From assembly GCA_964389035.1 (NCBI GenBank), contig CAYMCH010000001.1, forward strand, positions 1 to 52,035: a stretch of 52,035 nucleotides of DNA, in the 5' to 3' direction. The stretch comes from an uncultured Candidatus Saccharibacteria bacterium (lineage in GTDB: Bacteria; Patescibacteriota; UBA1384; XYA2-FULL-43-10). The notes under the pieces were generated by a model. That model worked only from the letters and a program-made list of their open reading frames with translations, was not told where the DNA came from and made no database searches. A program made the translations under genes and the position numbers. Below are positions 39,036-49,656 of the stretch, one piece after another; the first letter of the stretch is position 1, and every line of letters begins with the position of its first letter.

Positions 39036-39918
39036 ATACCGCTTGTTTAACCATATCAGATAATTTTTTTATCTCTTTTGCACTTGCGTCTTTCTGATTA
39101 ACAATAAAATTTGCATGTTTACGCGAAATCATTGCTCCGCCTACTCTCATTTTCTTTGCACCAGACTTCTCTAGCAAATAACCAGCAGCTTGCTCTGGCA
39201 ATTTGCCCGGATTCTTAAACCAGCTCCCGCATGATTTTTCACCGACTGGTTGTTTCTCCTGCCTAATTTGATTAAATTCTTTAATGTTTTTCAAGATTTC
39301 GTCGCTTCTTTTTTGTGCCATTCTCATATGAACTGTAAGAATAATCGGTTTAAATCCATCTTTAAATGACCTTTTTAATTTAGTGCTTCTATAGCTAAAT
39401 TCCATCCAATCATGAGATCTTTTTATTATCTTTATCTCCCCCATTGCTTTTTCTAAAATTGTGACGCTTTTCACATAATCACCAATGTATGATGTCTGAG
39501 ATCCAGCATTGCCGTATATTGCTCCACCCAATGTGCCAGGCACACCAGCCATGAATTCTATTCCTCCAAGATTTTCTGAAGCAGTCATGTTTAATAATTT
39601 TGATACACTGACTCCAGAATCAGCGATAACCTCACCTTTGTCTTTATTGATAACAATATTTTTTGATGCATTTTTTATAACCAATCCTTTAAATCCGATA
39701 TCAGAAAATACGATATTACTTCCTCCACCAATAATCAAATAAGGAATATTAAATTTTTCCGCCAAACCGACTGATTGTACTAATTGTTCAATATTTTGAG
39801 CACAATAAAAATAGTCTGCAATACCGCCGACCCCAATAGTAGTATAATTTTTTAGTAATGTTTTAAATTCTAAGTTATCTCCGAGTCTATCTTTGAGTTC
39901 GTCATCGATAATATCCAT
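38980..39918 (-). CDS. murB: UDP-N-acetylenolpyruvoylglucosamine reductase
   Basis: FAD-binding pattern TIGVGGIADYF...IIGGGSNI and the C-terminal MurB domain (GSWFKNP). Confidence 0.9.
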   Translation of the reverse strand: MDIIDDELKDRLGDNLEFKTLLKNYTTIGVGGIADYFYCAQNIEQLVQSVGLAEKFNIPYLIIGGGSNIVFSDIGFKGLVIKNASKNIVINKDKGEVIADSGVSVSKLLNMTASENLGGIEFMAGVPGTLGGAIYGNAGSQTSYIGDYVKSVTILEKAMGEIKIIKRSHDWMEFSYRSTKLKRSFKDGFKPIILTVHMRMAQKRSDEILKNIKEFNQIRQEKQPVGEKSCGSWFKNPGKLPEQAAGYLLEKSGAKKMRVGGAMISRKHANFIVNQKDASAKEIKKLSDMVKQAVYDNYDIMLEEEIEYLGNW

Positions 39919-41186
39919 TATTTTTCTCCGATTAATATTTCTAGGATTTTATATATTGGCGGAATACCTAGAGTTAACAACACTGTATTTTCTTTAGAAT
40001 AGTTTTTAAGTTCTTTTATAATTTCTGTATCGTTTTCAAAATATTTGGCTCTAGTTTTCTTATTATTAATTTTATTTACAATATCCAGCGAACTAATATC
40101 TAATTTTTCATCTCGGCCTGGTACAAAATATATCTCTTTTATATATACACAATCAGCCTCATCAAATGATGTCGAAAAGTCATTCAAAAGAGGTAATATT
40201 CTTTTATATTGATGGGGCCAAAACACAACAATAATTTTTCTTTTAGGATTTTGCTTTTTTATCGCTTTTATTGTAGCCTTTATTTCTGTAGGATGATGTC
40301 CGTAATCATCATATAATAATGAATTATTATATTCACCCCAATATTCCATTCTTCTTTTGGCACCTTTAAATGTCCTAAACACATTTCGGCACACATTTCT
40401 ATTAATATCGAGATTATCAGCTAAAGCCAAGACAGCTGTCGCATTTAATTTATTATGATCTCCCAGAATTGATATATCGTAATTAAAATTATTATATTTT
40501 TCAGAACCTTTACCATACCAAATTACATTAAAGGTTTTTTCTTTAATAGAATCTATTACTTTCCGAATATTCGCATCTTCAAAATTAGCGATAACAATTC
40601 CGTTTTTTCTCACTTGAGTAATATATTTTTTAAAAGTGTCGCATATTTCATTAATTCCTCCAGGATAGGTATCCAAATGCTCTTCGTCTATATTTGTTAA
40701 AATTATTATGTGTGGTTTAAAATCTAAAAAACTTTTATCATACTCACAAGCTTCCATCACAAAATAATCCGAATTACCGATCCTTAACGATGAATTATTA
40801 AATTCTTTTATATGTTCGCCTATTAACACTGTAGGATCCATCCCTGCCTCTATCATTATTAGTCCTACAAGGCTTGTAGTAGTCGTTTTACCATGCATTC
40901 CAGAAATCGCAATTAGTTTATATGTTTTAGTAATTTGACCTAACAGCTCTGATCTTTTTAGTACGGGTATGCCAATTTCTTGAGCTTTTTTAACCTCAAC
41001 CCAACCCGGCGATCCTAAATTAACTGCGGAAGTTCTGACAACAATATCAATATCTTTTGTAATATTTTTGGCTCTATGACCTCCAGTTTTAATATCTGAT
41101 CCAGTCACAATGTGACCCCGACTCTTTAACAAATTAGCAATAGCTGACATTGAAACACCTTGGTCTCCGATAAGATGATATTTCAT
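39918..41186 (-). CDS. murC: UDP-N-acetylmuramate--L-alanine ligase
   Basis: Mur ligase P-loop SGMHGKTTTTS. N-terminal Rossmann HLIGDQGVSMSAIA. Position in the dcw cluster. Confidence 0.9.
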   Translation of the reverse strand: MKYHLIGDQGVSMSAIANLLKSRGHIVTGSDIKTGGHRAKNITKDIDIVVRTSAVNLGSPGWVEVKKAQEIGIPVLKRSELLGQITKTYKLIAISGMHGKTTTTSLVGLIMIEAGMDPTVLIGEHIKEFNNSSLRIGNSDYFVMEACEYDKSFLDFKPHIIILTNIDEEHLDTYPGGINEICDTFKKYITQVRKNGIVIANFEDANIRKVIDSIKEKTFNVIWYGKGSEKYNNFNYDISILGDHNKLNATAVLALADNLDINRNVCRNVFRTFKGAKRRMEYWGEYNNSLLYDDYGHHPTEIKATIKAIKKQNPKRKIIVVFWPHQYKRILPLLNDFSTSFDEADCVYIKEIYFVPGRDEKLDISSLDIVNKINNKKTRAKYFENDTEIIKELKNYSKENTVLLTLGIPPIYKILEILIGEK

Positions 41187-42265
41187 ATTTTATCTCCTAA
41201 ATATTTTTTTATTCCCCTTATTACATAATCCCTTCCATTGGTCTTTATTGATTTTTTTGCATTAGATGATATCACTTCGACATTTTTTTGGTTTGATAGA
41301 ATAAAATTAATTCTATCCAGTAAAACACTCGGCTTTAACAAATCTTGACGAATCACAATTGCGCCACCAATCTTTTCTAAATATTTTGCATTTTTTGCTT
41401 GATGATCTGAAGCAGCAAATGGATATGGAATTAAAATAGAGGCCTTAGATAGCCGAGCAATTTCTCCTATCGTTGATCCTGATCTAGATATTATCAAATC
41501 AGCAGAAATCAATGATCTTTCCATTTTTTCTTTAGAAAAGATAAAATATTCATAATTTCGAGATAAGTTAATCGGCAAACGCCTAATGATATCTTCTGTG
41601 TCTTCTACTTCATTACGCCCGATTTGATGTATTACGTTATATTTTTGTAGTAACTCTGGCAATATTGAAAAAATACATTTATTAATATATTTTGCTCCTT
41701 GACTCCCGCCAGTAACCAAAATTATTGGTCTGCTTTTTAAATAAGGCTTTATCCCATCAAAATCTCTGATTATCATTCCAGAATAATCCAATTTGGATTT
41801 ATCTAAATTATAAGTATCTACAGGAAAAGATACAAATGTTTTAACCGAAGAACGATAAAAGAATTTATTTGCTAAGCCCATCTCGCTATCGGATTCATGG
41901 ATAAAATATGGGATTTTTAATAACTTCGCCCAAAATAATAATGGTACTGAATTAAATCCACCCTTAGAAAATATAATTCTCGGTTTATATATAATAATTA
42001 AATAAAGTGATCTCAATGTAGCATAAAATATTTTTATTATCTCAATAATATTTTTTAAAAATTGGTGCCTGTTGATCTTACCAGAAATTATAATGAACGA
42101 TTCTGAATCGGGAAATAATTGTTTCTCTACAGCACTTCCAGTATGCACAATTTTTACTAAAACCGACGCATCCTTTTTAAATTCTTTATATAATTCAAAA
42201 ACTGGTATGGCATGACCTCCAGTTGAAGAGCTAATTAATATTATTTTATTTTTTTTCTTATTCAT
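41183..42265 (-). CDS. murG: Undecaprenyldiphospho-muramoylpentapeptide beta-N-acetylglucosaminyltransferase
   Basis: N-terminal STGGHAIP (G-loop). GT28 C-terminal half (GGSQGA). dcw context. Confidence 0.88.
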   Translation of the reverse strand: MNKKKNKIILISSSTGGHAIPVFELYKEFKKDASVLVKIVHTGSAVEKQLFPDSESFIIISGKINRHQFLKNIIEIIKIFYATLRSLYLIIIYKPRIIFSKGGFNSVPLLFWAKLLKIPYFIHESDSEMGLANKFFYRSSVKTFVSFPVDTYNLDKSKLDYSGMIIRDFDGIKPYLKSRPIILVTGGSQGAKYINKCIFSILPELLQKYNVIHQIGRNEVEDTEDIIRRLPINLSRNYEYFIFSKEKMERSLISADLIISRSGSTIGEIARLSKASILIPYPFAASDHQAKNAKYLEKIGGAIVIRQDLLKPSVLLDRINFILSNQKNVEVISSNAKKSIKTNGRDYVIRGIKKYLGDKI

Positions 42266-43392
42266 GATTTTTTTATTTGATATTTATTGCAATCTCCAAA
42301 TTTTGAGATATTAATCAGTATTCCCGCTGCTGCCAATAAAATTAGTAGTGAAGATCCACCGTAACTTACAAAAGGAAGCGGCATACCAGTCAATGGTACT
42401 ATAGAAAGCATCGCACCTATATTAACGAAAGCTTGCCAAATAATCCAAGTTGTAATACCTGTAGCCAACAATGATGAATACATATCAGGAGCATTTTTTG
42501 CTACTCTGTATCCCCTCACTCCGACAAAACCAAACATTAATATTACTAAAGATGCTCTTAAAAACCCTAGCTCTTCGCAAATTATCGCAAATATAGAATC
42601 AGTATGTGCCTCTGGTAAATATAAATATTTTTGTTTACTTTGACCAAAACCCATTCCCCAAAGCCCACCTGAACCAATAGCAATTAATGCATTCCTTATA
42701 TGATAACCGCTTCCCATAGAGTCACTTTCAGGATTGAGAAAAGTGGTAAAACGTTGAAGTCTATATGGCTCTAATTTTATAGCAATCCAAAATAATAATC
42801 CTGCCATACCGGCACCAGCAAAAAGATTAATATATGAAGCACCCGCAATAATATACATGGCTGCAGATATCCCTAGCATAACAGATAACGTACCAAAATC
42901 TTTCTGTAACAACATTAGAATTGAGACAATTGCCATAAAGATAAAAAAAGGTAATGACTTTGAACGACTAATATTCTTAATATCTTGGTTAGAAAACCAT
43001 CCAGACAAATAAAACATCAATGATAACTTCGCTAATTCTGATGGCTGAAATTGTTGACCAGCAATACTTATCCATCTGGTGGAAGATCTCTCGTTTTCAT
43101 GACCAAATAATAATGGTAATACCAAAAAGAATAATGTGGCGAATAACATAAATTTTGTATTTTTCTGCCAAAAACGATAATCTATGGCTTGAAAAATAAG
43201 CCACACCACTATTCCAATGGCTACCCATTTGACCTGTTTTGCTAAATAATATTTGTCTGTTGCTCCATCTGTAATTTGCAGTGAATAATATTTAGAAACT
43301 GAATATATGGCAATTAATCCAAATATTACTAAGGCAAATATTCCTAGTGCCAACCAATAATCCGGCTTGTTTTTTTTAAAATTTTTATCCAT
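42262..43392 (-). CDS. ftsW: SEDS-family protein FtsW
   Basis: 10-TM SEDS pattern (QPSELAK, LPEAHTDSIFA, PLPFVSYGGSS). Confidence 0.88.
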   Translation of the reverse strand: MDKNFKKNKPDYWLALGIFALVIFGLIAIYSVSKYYSLQITDGATDKYYLAKQVKWVAIGIVVWLIFQAIDYRFWQKNTKFMLFATLFFLVLPLLFGHENERSSTRWISIAGQQFQPSELAKLSLMFYLSGWFSNQDIKNISRSKSLPFFIFMAIVSILMLLQKDFGTLSVMLGISAAMYIIAGASYINLFAGAGMAGLLFWIAIKLEPYRLQRFTTFLNPESDSMGSGYHIRNALIAIGSGGLWGMGFGQSKQKYLYLPEAHTDSIFAIICEELGFLRASLVILMFGFVGVRGYRVAKNAPDMYSSLLATGITTWIIWQAFVNIGAMLSIVPLTGMPLPFVSYGGSSLLILLAAAGILINISKFGDCNKYQIKKS

Positions 43393-44788
43393 TATTTTGT
43401 ATTATTCTGACTAGACTTTTAAATTTTTCCCCTCGATCTTTATAGTTTTTGAACATGTCAAACGAAGCACAAGCAGGAGAGAACAATATTAAATCTCCCA
43501 CATTAATATTATCCAAAGCTTTTTCTAATGCATATTTCAAATTTTTATGAGCTAAAATTATCTTGCCTTTAAATTTTTCTTTAATTAATGCTTCATTTAG
43601 ACGATTTGCCTCATTTCCTATTAGAATTATTTTAATTACATTGCTTGACACAATTTTTTCACAAAGCGACTTAAAAACAGCATTTTTACTACTACCGCCT
43701 AAAATCAAAATTTTATTTTGAGAAAAAGAATTTATCGCTGCTATTGTTGGCTCAGGATTAGTAGCAAAAGAATCATTAAATATTTTAGCTCCTTTTACTT
43801 CACCCACATATTCTAACCTGTGTGGTAATCCTTTAAACTTAACAACAACGTCCCTGATAATTTCAGAATTTACATTTAATATGTTAGACACCAGACTAGC
43901 AAAAGCAATATTTTCTAAATTATGTATACCTGCAATCAATAACTCTTTACTGTCACAAATTTTTAATTCTTTACCATATTTTAATAAAAAAACCTCACCA
44001 TTATATTGATCATACAACTTCACTTTAGCAGCACAATCTAAACAATCTGATCGTGAAATAATCTTAACTTGAGATTTAGCTTGCTGATAATAACTTTTTT
44101 CAATCGTATGATTAATTATTAAATAATCATCACTGTTTTGATAGTAAAAAATTGATTTTTTAGCGTCTTTATACTCATTTATTTCTCGATGATAATCTAA
44201 ATGGTCTTGAGTTAGATTTGTAACAACTGCAATATGCGGACTTTTATGTAAATCTTGTAATTGAAAGCTGGAAAGTTCTAAAACAACATAGTCGTTACTA
44301 GTTATCTGATCTAACAATGTTATGGCTGGTAAGCCTATATTTCCAGCTAAAAAAACCTTATATTTATTTTTTAAAATTTCATAAATTAATGATGATGTCG
44401 TTCCCTTGCCCTTTGTACCTGTTACTCCAATAATTTTAGCTGGGCACAAATCGAAAAATAACTTAATTTGACTTGATATTTCCGTGCCATTTAATTTTGC
44501 CTCTTGAATTTCCGGTGTTAAATACTTTATTCCTGGAGAACGAAACACTATATCATACTTATTTAAACCTTCTAAATAGTTACTTCCAAGGATTTTTTGA
44601 CATTTGTTATTTTGAAATATCGTTTTAATTTCATTTCCTAAAGTTGATTTGTACAATTCGTCTTGATTTTGCTTATCCAAAATATCAACATTAATATTAT
44701 TGTTCAACAAAAATTTAGCTAAAGCCAATCCTTCTATACCAATACCCAAAACTGCAACTTTTTTTAAAGTCAAATCTTTTATATTCAT
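43385..44788 (-). CDS. murD: UDP-N-acetylmuramoylalanine--D-glutamate ligase
   Basis: VAVLGIGIEG Rossmann N-terminus and GVTGTKGKGTT P-loop. dcw position. Confidence 0.88.
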   Translation of the reverse strand: MNIKDLTLKKVAVLGIGIEGLALAKFLLNNNINVDILDKQNQDELYKSTLGNEIKTIFQNNKCQKILGSNYLEGLNKYDIVFRSPGIKYLTPEIQEAKLNGTEISSQIKLFFDLCPAKIIGVTGTKGKGTTSSLIYEILKNKYKVFLAGNIGLPAITLLDQITSNDYVVLELSSFQLQDLHKSPHIAVVTNLTQDHLDYHREINEYKDAKKSIFYYQNSDDYLIINHTIEKSYYQQAKSQVKIISRSDCLDCAAKVKLYDQYNGEVFLLKYGKELKICDSKELLIAGIHNLENIAFASLVSNILNVNSEIIRDVVVKFKGLPHRLEYVGEVKGAKIFNDSFATNPEPTIAAINSFSQNKILILGGSSKNAVFKSLCEKIVSSNVIKIILIGNEANRLNEALIKEKFKGKIILAHKNLKYALEKALDNINVGDLILFSPACASFDMFKNYKDRGEKFKSLVRIIQNNG

Positions 44789-44860
44789 AGCTTTATTCTA
44801 TCTTATAAATAACCACAATTGAATACTTGATTCTTTGGGATCACAATAAAAATCTAAAAA

Positions 44861-45874
44861 TCATCCTCTACCTAAAAGAGCAATCATAAGACCAGCTGCT
44901 GAAGATACTGCTCCTATTATCCAAAACCTCATAGTAACTTTATATTCTGGCCATCCGATAGCCTCCAAATGATGATGTAGCGGCGAAGATAAAAATATTT
45001 TTTTCCCTTTACGAAGTTTTTTCGATAAAAATTGTAATATAAAACTTAATCCTTCTAATGAAAAAACAGCGGTGATTATATATAATGGAATAATGGTATT
45101 AGTTAAGGCTGCCACAACCCCCAAAGTCATGCCTAAAGCCATTGATCCGGTATCACCCATAAAAAATCTTGCAGGTGGAATATTAAACCACAAAAAAGAC
45201 AACAAAGCTCCCATTATTGTTCCACAAAAAGCCGCCAACTCTGTTTTTCCCTCTGCTAGACAGATTATTGAATAAGCACAAAACGATAAGACGAATATGC
45301 CACCGGCCAAACCATCTAACCCATCAGTCTCATTAGAAGCAAAAGCCATCCATATCAAAGTAAAAACAAATACAGGAATATACCACCAACCAATAGTGTA
45401 ATCACCAAGTGCGGGCACATGAATAGAATTCCATTCAAGTTTAGAATAAAACCACCATGATCCAAATAAGGCAATAACAATATAGATTAAAAATTTATCG
45501 CGGAATCTCATACCCCCACCATTTGGACCTTTGCCTCGAATATTCCATAAATCATCAATAGCTCCTACAAATCCCGTAGCCACTAAAGCAAATAATGGCA
45601 ACCATGTTGCTTTTCTTTCAAGATTAAAAGCTATAGTAATAATCGCAGCTACCACCCAGATCAATAACCCAGCCATGGTCGGTGTGCCTTGTTTTTTTGC
45701 ATGCATTTTTGCAAATATCGGCGCTGACTTAGAGTCTCTAATCCTTTTGCCAAGACGATGTTTAAATAAAAATTCAGTAAATAACGGAGTTAATGAAAAT
45801 GACACTAAAAAAGCTGCAACCGTAAACCACAACATTTTTGACACATCTAGTGATGAAAAATTTAATGTTTCCAT
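44861..45874 (-). CDS. mraY: Phospho-N-acetylmuramoyl-pentapeptide transferase
   Basis: KQGTPTMAG, NETDGLDGLAGG and FMGDTGS motifs. Confidence 0.93.
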   Translation of the reverse strand: METLNFSSLDVSKMLWFTVAAFLVSFSLTPLFTEFLFKHRLGKRIRDSKSAPIFAKMHAKKQGTPTMAGLLIWVVAAIITIAFNLERKATWLPLFALVATGFVGAIDDLWNIRGKGPNGGGMRFRDKFLIYIVIALFGSWWFYSKLEWNSIHVPALGDYTIGWWYIPVFVFTLIWMAFASNETDGLDGLAGGIFVLSFCAYSIICLAEGKTELAAFCGTIMGALLSFLWFNIPPARFFMGDTGSMALGMTLGVVAALTNTIIPLYIITAVFSLEGLSFILQFLSKKLRKGKKIFLSSPLHHHLEAIGWPEYKVTMRFWIIGAVSSAAGLMIALLGRG

Positions 45875-46041
45875 ATAATTCTCCTTATTTAGTATTTACT
45901 AATTTCCTTAAATTACGAAATAATTTTAATTAAGTTTATAAAATTTTTATTACTTTTTAAGATTATCATATTAAGAACTCATAACCATCGAAATTTTAAA
46001 AATAAAAAAATTTCGCAATTCAAGGAAATTAATATGATGCT

Positions 46042-47298
46042 TTAATAAACATTATTTTTTTTGTTCCTCCATTCTCTACCTTGCCTAACCAAGACTTTCT
46101 TAGGATCTATTTTATCATGTAATAATTTCTTGACCACCTCTTCAAAATAATTTTTGTTTTGACTGGCTTTCACTAAAACTAAATCATTTTCGTTAATAAT
46201 ATTTTTCAGTTCTTTCTGCATTTCTAACCTATTTCTAAAACTAAATACTTTAGATGCGCAACATTCTTTTTCCATTGCAGTAGCGTTTGGTCCTGCAAAA
46301 ATTACAACATCAATATCTTTTGAAATATATTTTGAAATATTTAAATGCTCTTCTAAATCCAAATCACCCAATTCATTCATGTTGCCGAGAATTAACACCT
46401 TTCGACCAGAGTATTTAATTTCACTTAAAGTATCAATTGCCGCTCTTACAGAAGCAGGATTTGCATTGTAAGTATCATCAATTATGATTACATTGTTACT
46501 ACCTTCTAATATATTCATTCTTCCATAATAAGGTTTTCTGGAATTTATACTATCTCTTATTTCAGTTAGTTTCATGCCTAATTTATTCGCGACTCCAGCA
46601 GCAACAAGATCAGAATAAACCATTTGTTTCCCGATCAATTTGTTTGATATTTTTAGTCTGTCTTCACCGATAATTAAGTCATATTTATTACCATCGATAG
46701 TCGTATCCAAATACTCGGCATAAATTTTAGCTTCCGAAGTAATAACACTATAAGATATTCCTTTACGAATATTTTTTAATAAATATTCATCATCAACATT
46801 ATAAAATAAATTATCTGACTCAACATACTTAGATAATTTTAGTTTCTCAATCTGCATATCTTCAAGTGAAGGAAAATTTACCACATGCGCCGGTGTAGCC
46901 GCAGTAATTACGGCAATTGTCGGTTTAGCAATATTGCAAAAATAATCGATATCTCCAGGATTTTCGACGCCCATCTCGAGAACCAAATACTTAGGATATT
47001 TCCTGTCTCTTAAATGTTGTTTGATTTTTATTAAAAATATTGGCCACTCCACTTTAGACGGCTGTTTAGTATAGCCCAAGATAGATAGTGGTACACCTAT
47101 CTCTGCATTCAAATTTCCGCTGGTAGCCCTTACCTCCTCTCCATATATTGATTTTAATACATGGGCTATCGCTTCTTTCGTTGATGTTTTCCCTACCGAA
47201 CCGGTAATAGCGATTACTACTGGTCTGTGAAGTTTTAACATTTCTTTAGCAACCTCTGCCAGTTTAGAATATATTATTTTTAATGCTATTTTCTTCAT
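46042..47298 (-). CDS. murF: UDP-N-acetylmuramoyl-tripeptide--D-alanyl-D-alanine ligase
   Basis: ITGSVGKTSTKE, GNLNAEIGVPLSIL and DDTYNANPASV are MurF signatures, not MurE. Confidence 0.85.
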   Translation of the reverse strand: MKKIALKIIYSKLAEVAKEMLKLHRPVVIAITGSVGKTSTKEAIAHVLKSIYGEEVRATSGNLNAEIGVPLSILGYTKQPSKVEWPIFLIKIKQHLRDRKYPKYLVLEMGVENPGDIDYFCNIAKPTIAVITAATPAHVVNFPSLEDMQIEKLKLSKYVESDNLFYNVDDEYLLKNIRKGISYSVITSEAKIYAEYLDTTIDGNKYDLIIGEDRLKISNKLIGKQMVYSDLVAAGVANKLGMKLTEIRDSINSRKPYYGRMNILEGSNNVIIIDDTYNANPASVRAAIDTLSEIKYSGRKVLILGNMNELGDLDLEEHLNISKYISKDIDVVIFAGPNATAMEKECCASKVFSFRNRLEMQKELKNIINENDLVLVKASQNKNYFEEVVKKLLHDKIDPKKVLVRQGREWRNKKNNVY

Positions 47299-47312
47299 GT
47301 CCTCTGATCCAA

Positions 47313-49049
47313 TTAATTTGCGTTGTTAGCAGGTAATCTATAGTAAAAATTTAACAAAAAAGATGAAATTTCGCCAAATAACGGAGCAGCTGTACTCTCA
47401 GCATATTTTTCGGTCTTTGGTTTATCTAATTTTACCAACATAGCGTATTTTGGGTTTTCAGTAGGAGCAAATCCCGCGAGACTATGAACAAAAATTCCCA
47501 AACCAGATTCGTTCTCTTCATAACCACCTTCAGGCTTCGCGATTTGGGCTGTACCTGTCTTGGCGCCTATAGAAAAACCCTCCACTTTAGCTCTCCATGA
47601 ATGCCCACCTTCAACGACTTGTTTTAGAATACTAGCCATTGTCCTTGCAGTATCCTCCTTGACAACTCGAGCACCTTCTCGAGGTTCTACTTTCTTTTCA
47701 GTTCCGTTAGGCATAATAATTTTATCTACAATGTGCGGGTACATATATACACCACCATTCGCCAATGCAGCATATGCCGCTACCAATTGGATTGGGGAAA
47801 CTGCGATGCCCTGACCGAAAGAAATCGTGGCTCGGTTAATATCCTTCCACTTCTCTACAGGTTTTGTATAACCAGATACCTCTGAATCAAGATCTATACC
47901 TGTCTTGTCAAAAAAATTATATTTTTTTATATAATCATACATAGTCTCTTTACCAAGCTGTTCAGATAACCATACCATCGCCACATTATCAGAATTTTGC
48001 AAAACTTGAATCATATTTTCTTTACCAAAAGCTTTTCGTTCAGCTGTTTTTATCTCATAATTGTCGACCCACACATGCCAATCAAATGTCCCCTCAGTTT
48101 CTGGAGTCACCAAACCTTTATCTATCGCCGCAGACATAATTAATGGTTTAAATATACTTCCAGGCTCATACAAATAAGCAATCGCTGGATTTACAAATAT
48201 CCCTGGATTATCTTTGGCAATTTGTCGATAATTATTGGGATTATAATCAGGTAAACTTGCCATCGCGACAATCCCACCTGTTTCTACATCCATAATAAGC
48301 ACTGTACCCGAGTCAGCTTGATACTTATCTATAGCTTCTTTGAGTTTCTTTTGAACAAAATATTGTACAGATCTATCTATCGTTAAAACATAGCTTGTTC
48401 CATCTTGAGCTTCTTTTTGATCAAGCAAAGATATTATATTACCCAAAGTATCTTTTTCCCCTACCATGTTGCCACTTGTGCCATGAAGTTCTTTATCATA
48501 GTGACCCTCAAAGCCATAATTGCCTTTACCCTCGGCATTTACAAAACCCAACAAATGCGAAGCTAGATTATTTTCGGGATAATACCTACTATTTTCAGGC
48601 ACGGTAATGATACCAGTAATTTTTAGTTTAGAAATATTTTGAGCATTATCATAATCTAAACCTTTTTTTATTGGAGGGATATACAGCTTATCATTGTTGA
48701 TTGCATCGAATATCTCTTTCTCACCTAATCCAATTAAACTAGATAATTTTTTTGAAGTATCCTTTTTATCAATTACTTGTCTCGGAACAACCCAAACTTG
48801 ATAAGTTTTTACATCAAAACTTAACGGATACAAAGAATTTTCATCCTCTATGGTATCATGAGCATAAATTTTTCCTCTTTGAGCCGTCTCGATCTTTTCA
48901 AATCTCTGTTGTCCTTCAGCTAAAGCGATATATTTATCATGTTGCATTATTTGTTTTTCAAACATCCTAGCCAATATAACGCTCATTAAAATAATCACGA
49001 TAATACCTGCCGCTTTATAACGCGACTGAATTTCTTTGTTTGATTGCAT
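47313..49049 (-). CDS. ftsI: Class B penicillin-binding protein (FtsI-type transpeptidase)
   Basis: N-terminal TM, dimerisation domain, and SIFKP (SxxK), SDN, KTGT. Confidence 0.88.
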   Translation of the reverse strand: MQSNKEIQSRYKAAGIIVIILMSVILARMFEKQIMQHDKYIALAEGQQRFEKIETAQRGKIYAHDTIEDENSLYPLSFDVKTYQVWVVPRQVIDKKDTSKKLSSLIGLGEKEIFDAINNDKLYIPPIKKGLDYDNAQNISKLKITGIITVPENSRYYPENNLASHLLGFVNAEGKGNYGFEGHYDKELHGTSGNMVGEKDTLGNIISLLDQKEAQDGTSYVLTIDRSVQYFVQKKLKEAIDKYQADSGTVLIMDVETGGIVAMASLPDYNPNNYRQIAKDNPGIFVNPAIAYLYEPGSIFKPLIMSAAIDKGLVTPETEGTFDWHVWVDNYEIKTAERKAFGKENMIQVLQNSDNVAMVWLSEQLGKETMYDYIKKYNFFDKTGIDLDSEVSGYTKPVEKWKDINRATISFGQGIAVSPIQLVAAYAALANGGVYMYPHIVDKIIMPNGTEKKVEPREGARVVKEDTARTMASILKQVVEGGHSWRAKVEGFSIGAKTGTAQIAKPEGGYEENESGLGIFVHSLAGFAPTENPKYAMLVKLDKPKTEKYAESTAAPLFGEISSFLLNFYYRLPANNAN

Positions 49050-49085
49050 AAGATTATTTTACAATAATAGTACAAAAATGAGCAA

Positions 49086-49451
49086 TTATCTCGATGTCGC
49101 AAGACCAGAAACTTGCTCCTCAACATGATCAACTTTAGATACCGGTTCCATAGTGGGTTTTTCAATGTTTTGATCAATTTGTTGCAATGATTGTAAACGA
49201 ACTTTTTCTACCTCTAAACGTTCTTTTTTTAATTCTAATTCTTCTTTTCTATCGGTAATATCTCTAATTTTCATACTTCGATTTGCTCCTTCGGTAGCCT
49301 GAGTTAAATACAGCAAAGCTAATATTCCAAATACTGCGATTGCAACAAATTTTATTGCATTATTGCCAACAGCAACTTCTCTCTTTACTGAACGTTTCTT
49401 TATACCCAGACTTGATTCTTTTGAATTTGTAATAGTAAGCATTCTACCCAT
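49086..49451 (-). CDS. ftsL: FtsL-like bitopic division protein (TM + coiled coil)
   Basis: 121 aa. TM FVAIAVFGILALLYL, then a heptad region EELELKKERLEVEKVRLQSL. Position between mraZ and ftsI. Confidence 0.55.
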   Translation of the reverse strand: MGRMLTITNSKESSLGIKKRSVKREVAVGNNAIKFVAIAVFGILALLYLTQATEGANRSMKIRDITDRKEELELKKERLEVEKVRLQSLQQIDQNIEKPTMEPVSKVDHVEEQVSGLATSR

Positions 49452-49473
49452 AACTTTATTCCAAAATTAGTGT

Positions 49474-49648
49474 CAACTTATAATAATCAGCAGCCAGTAT
49501 ATTTTGTTTTTTATAATTTTTTGATATAATTTTCTAGTGAATGACCTTCCAGCACTAACTGGGAGGTTATTTGTTTTTGTTTTTGATAGAGATGTTTAGC
49601 CTTTGCCCCTCCAATAATTTGGCTCTGGCTGCTGATTATTATAAGTTG
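49474..49648. repeat. Perfect 24-bp inverted repeat enclosing a 127-nt spacer, in the mraZ-ftsL gap
   Basis: caacttataataatcagcagccag (49474-49497) is the exact reverse complement of ctggctgctgattattataagttg (49625-49648). Confidence 0.9.
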
Positions 49649-49656
49649 TTAATGTT

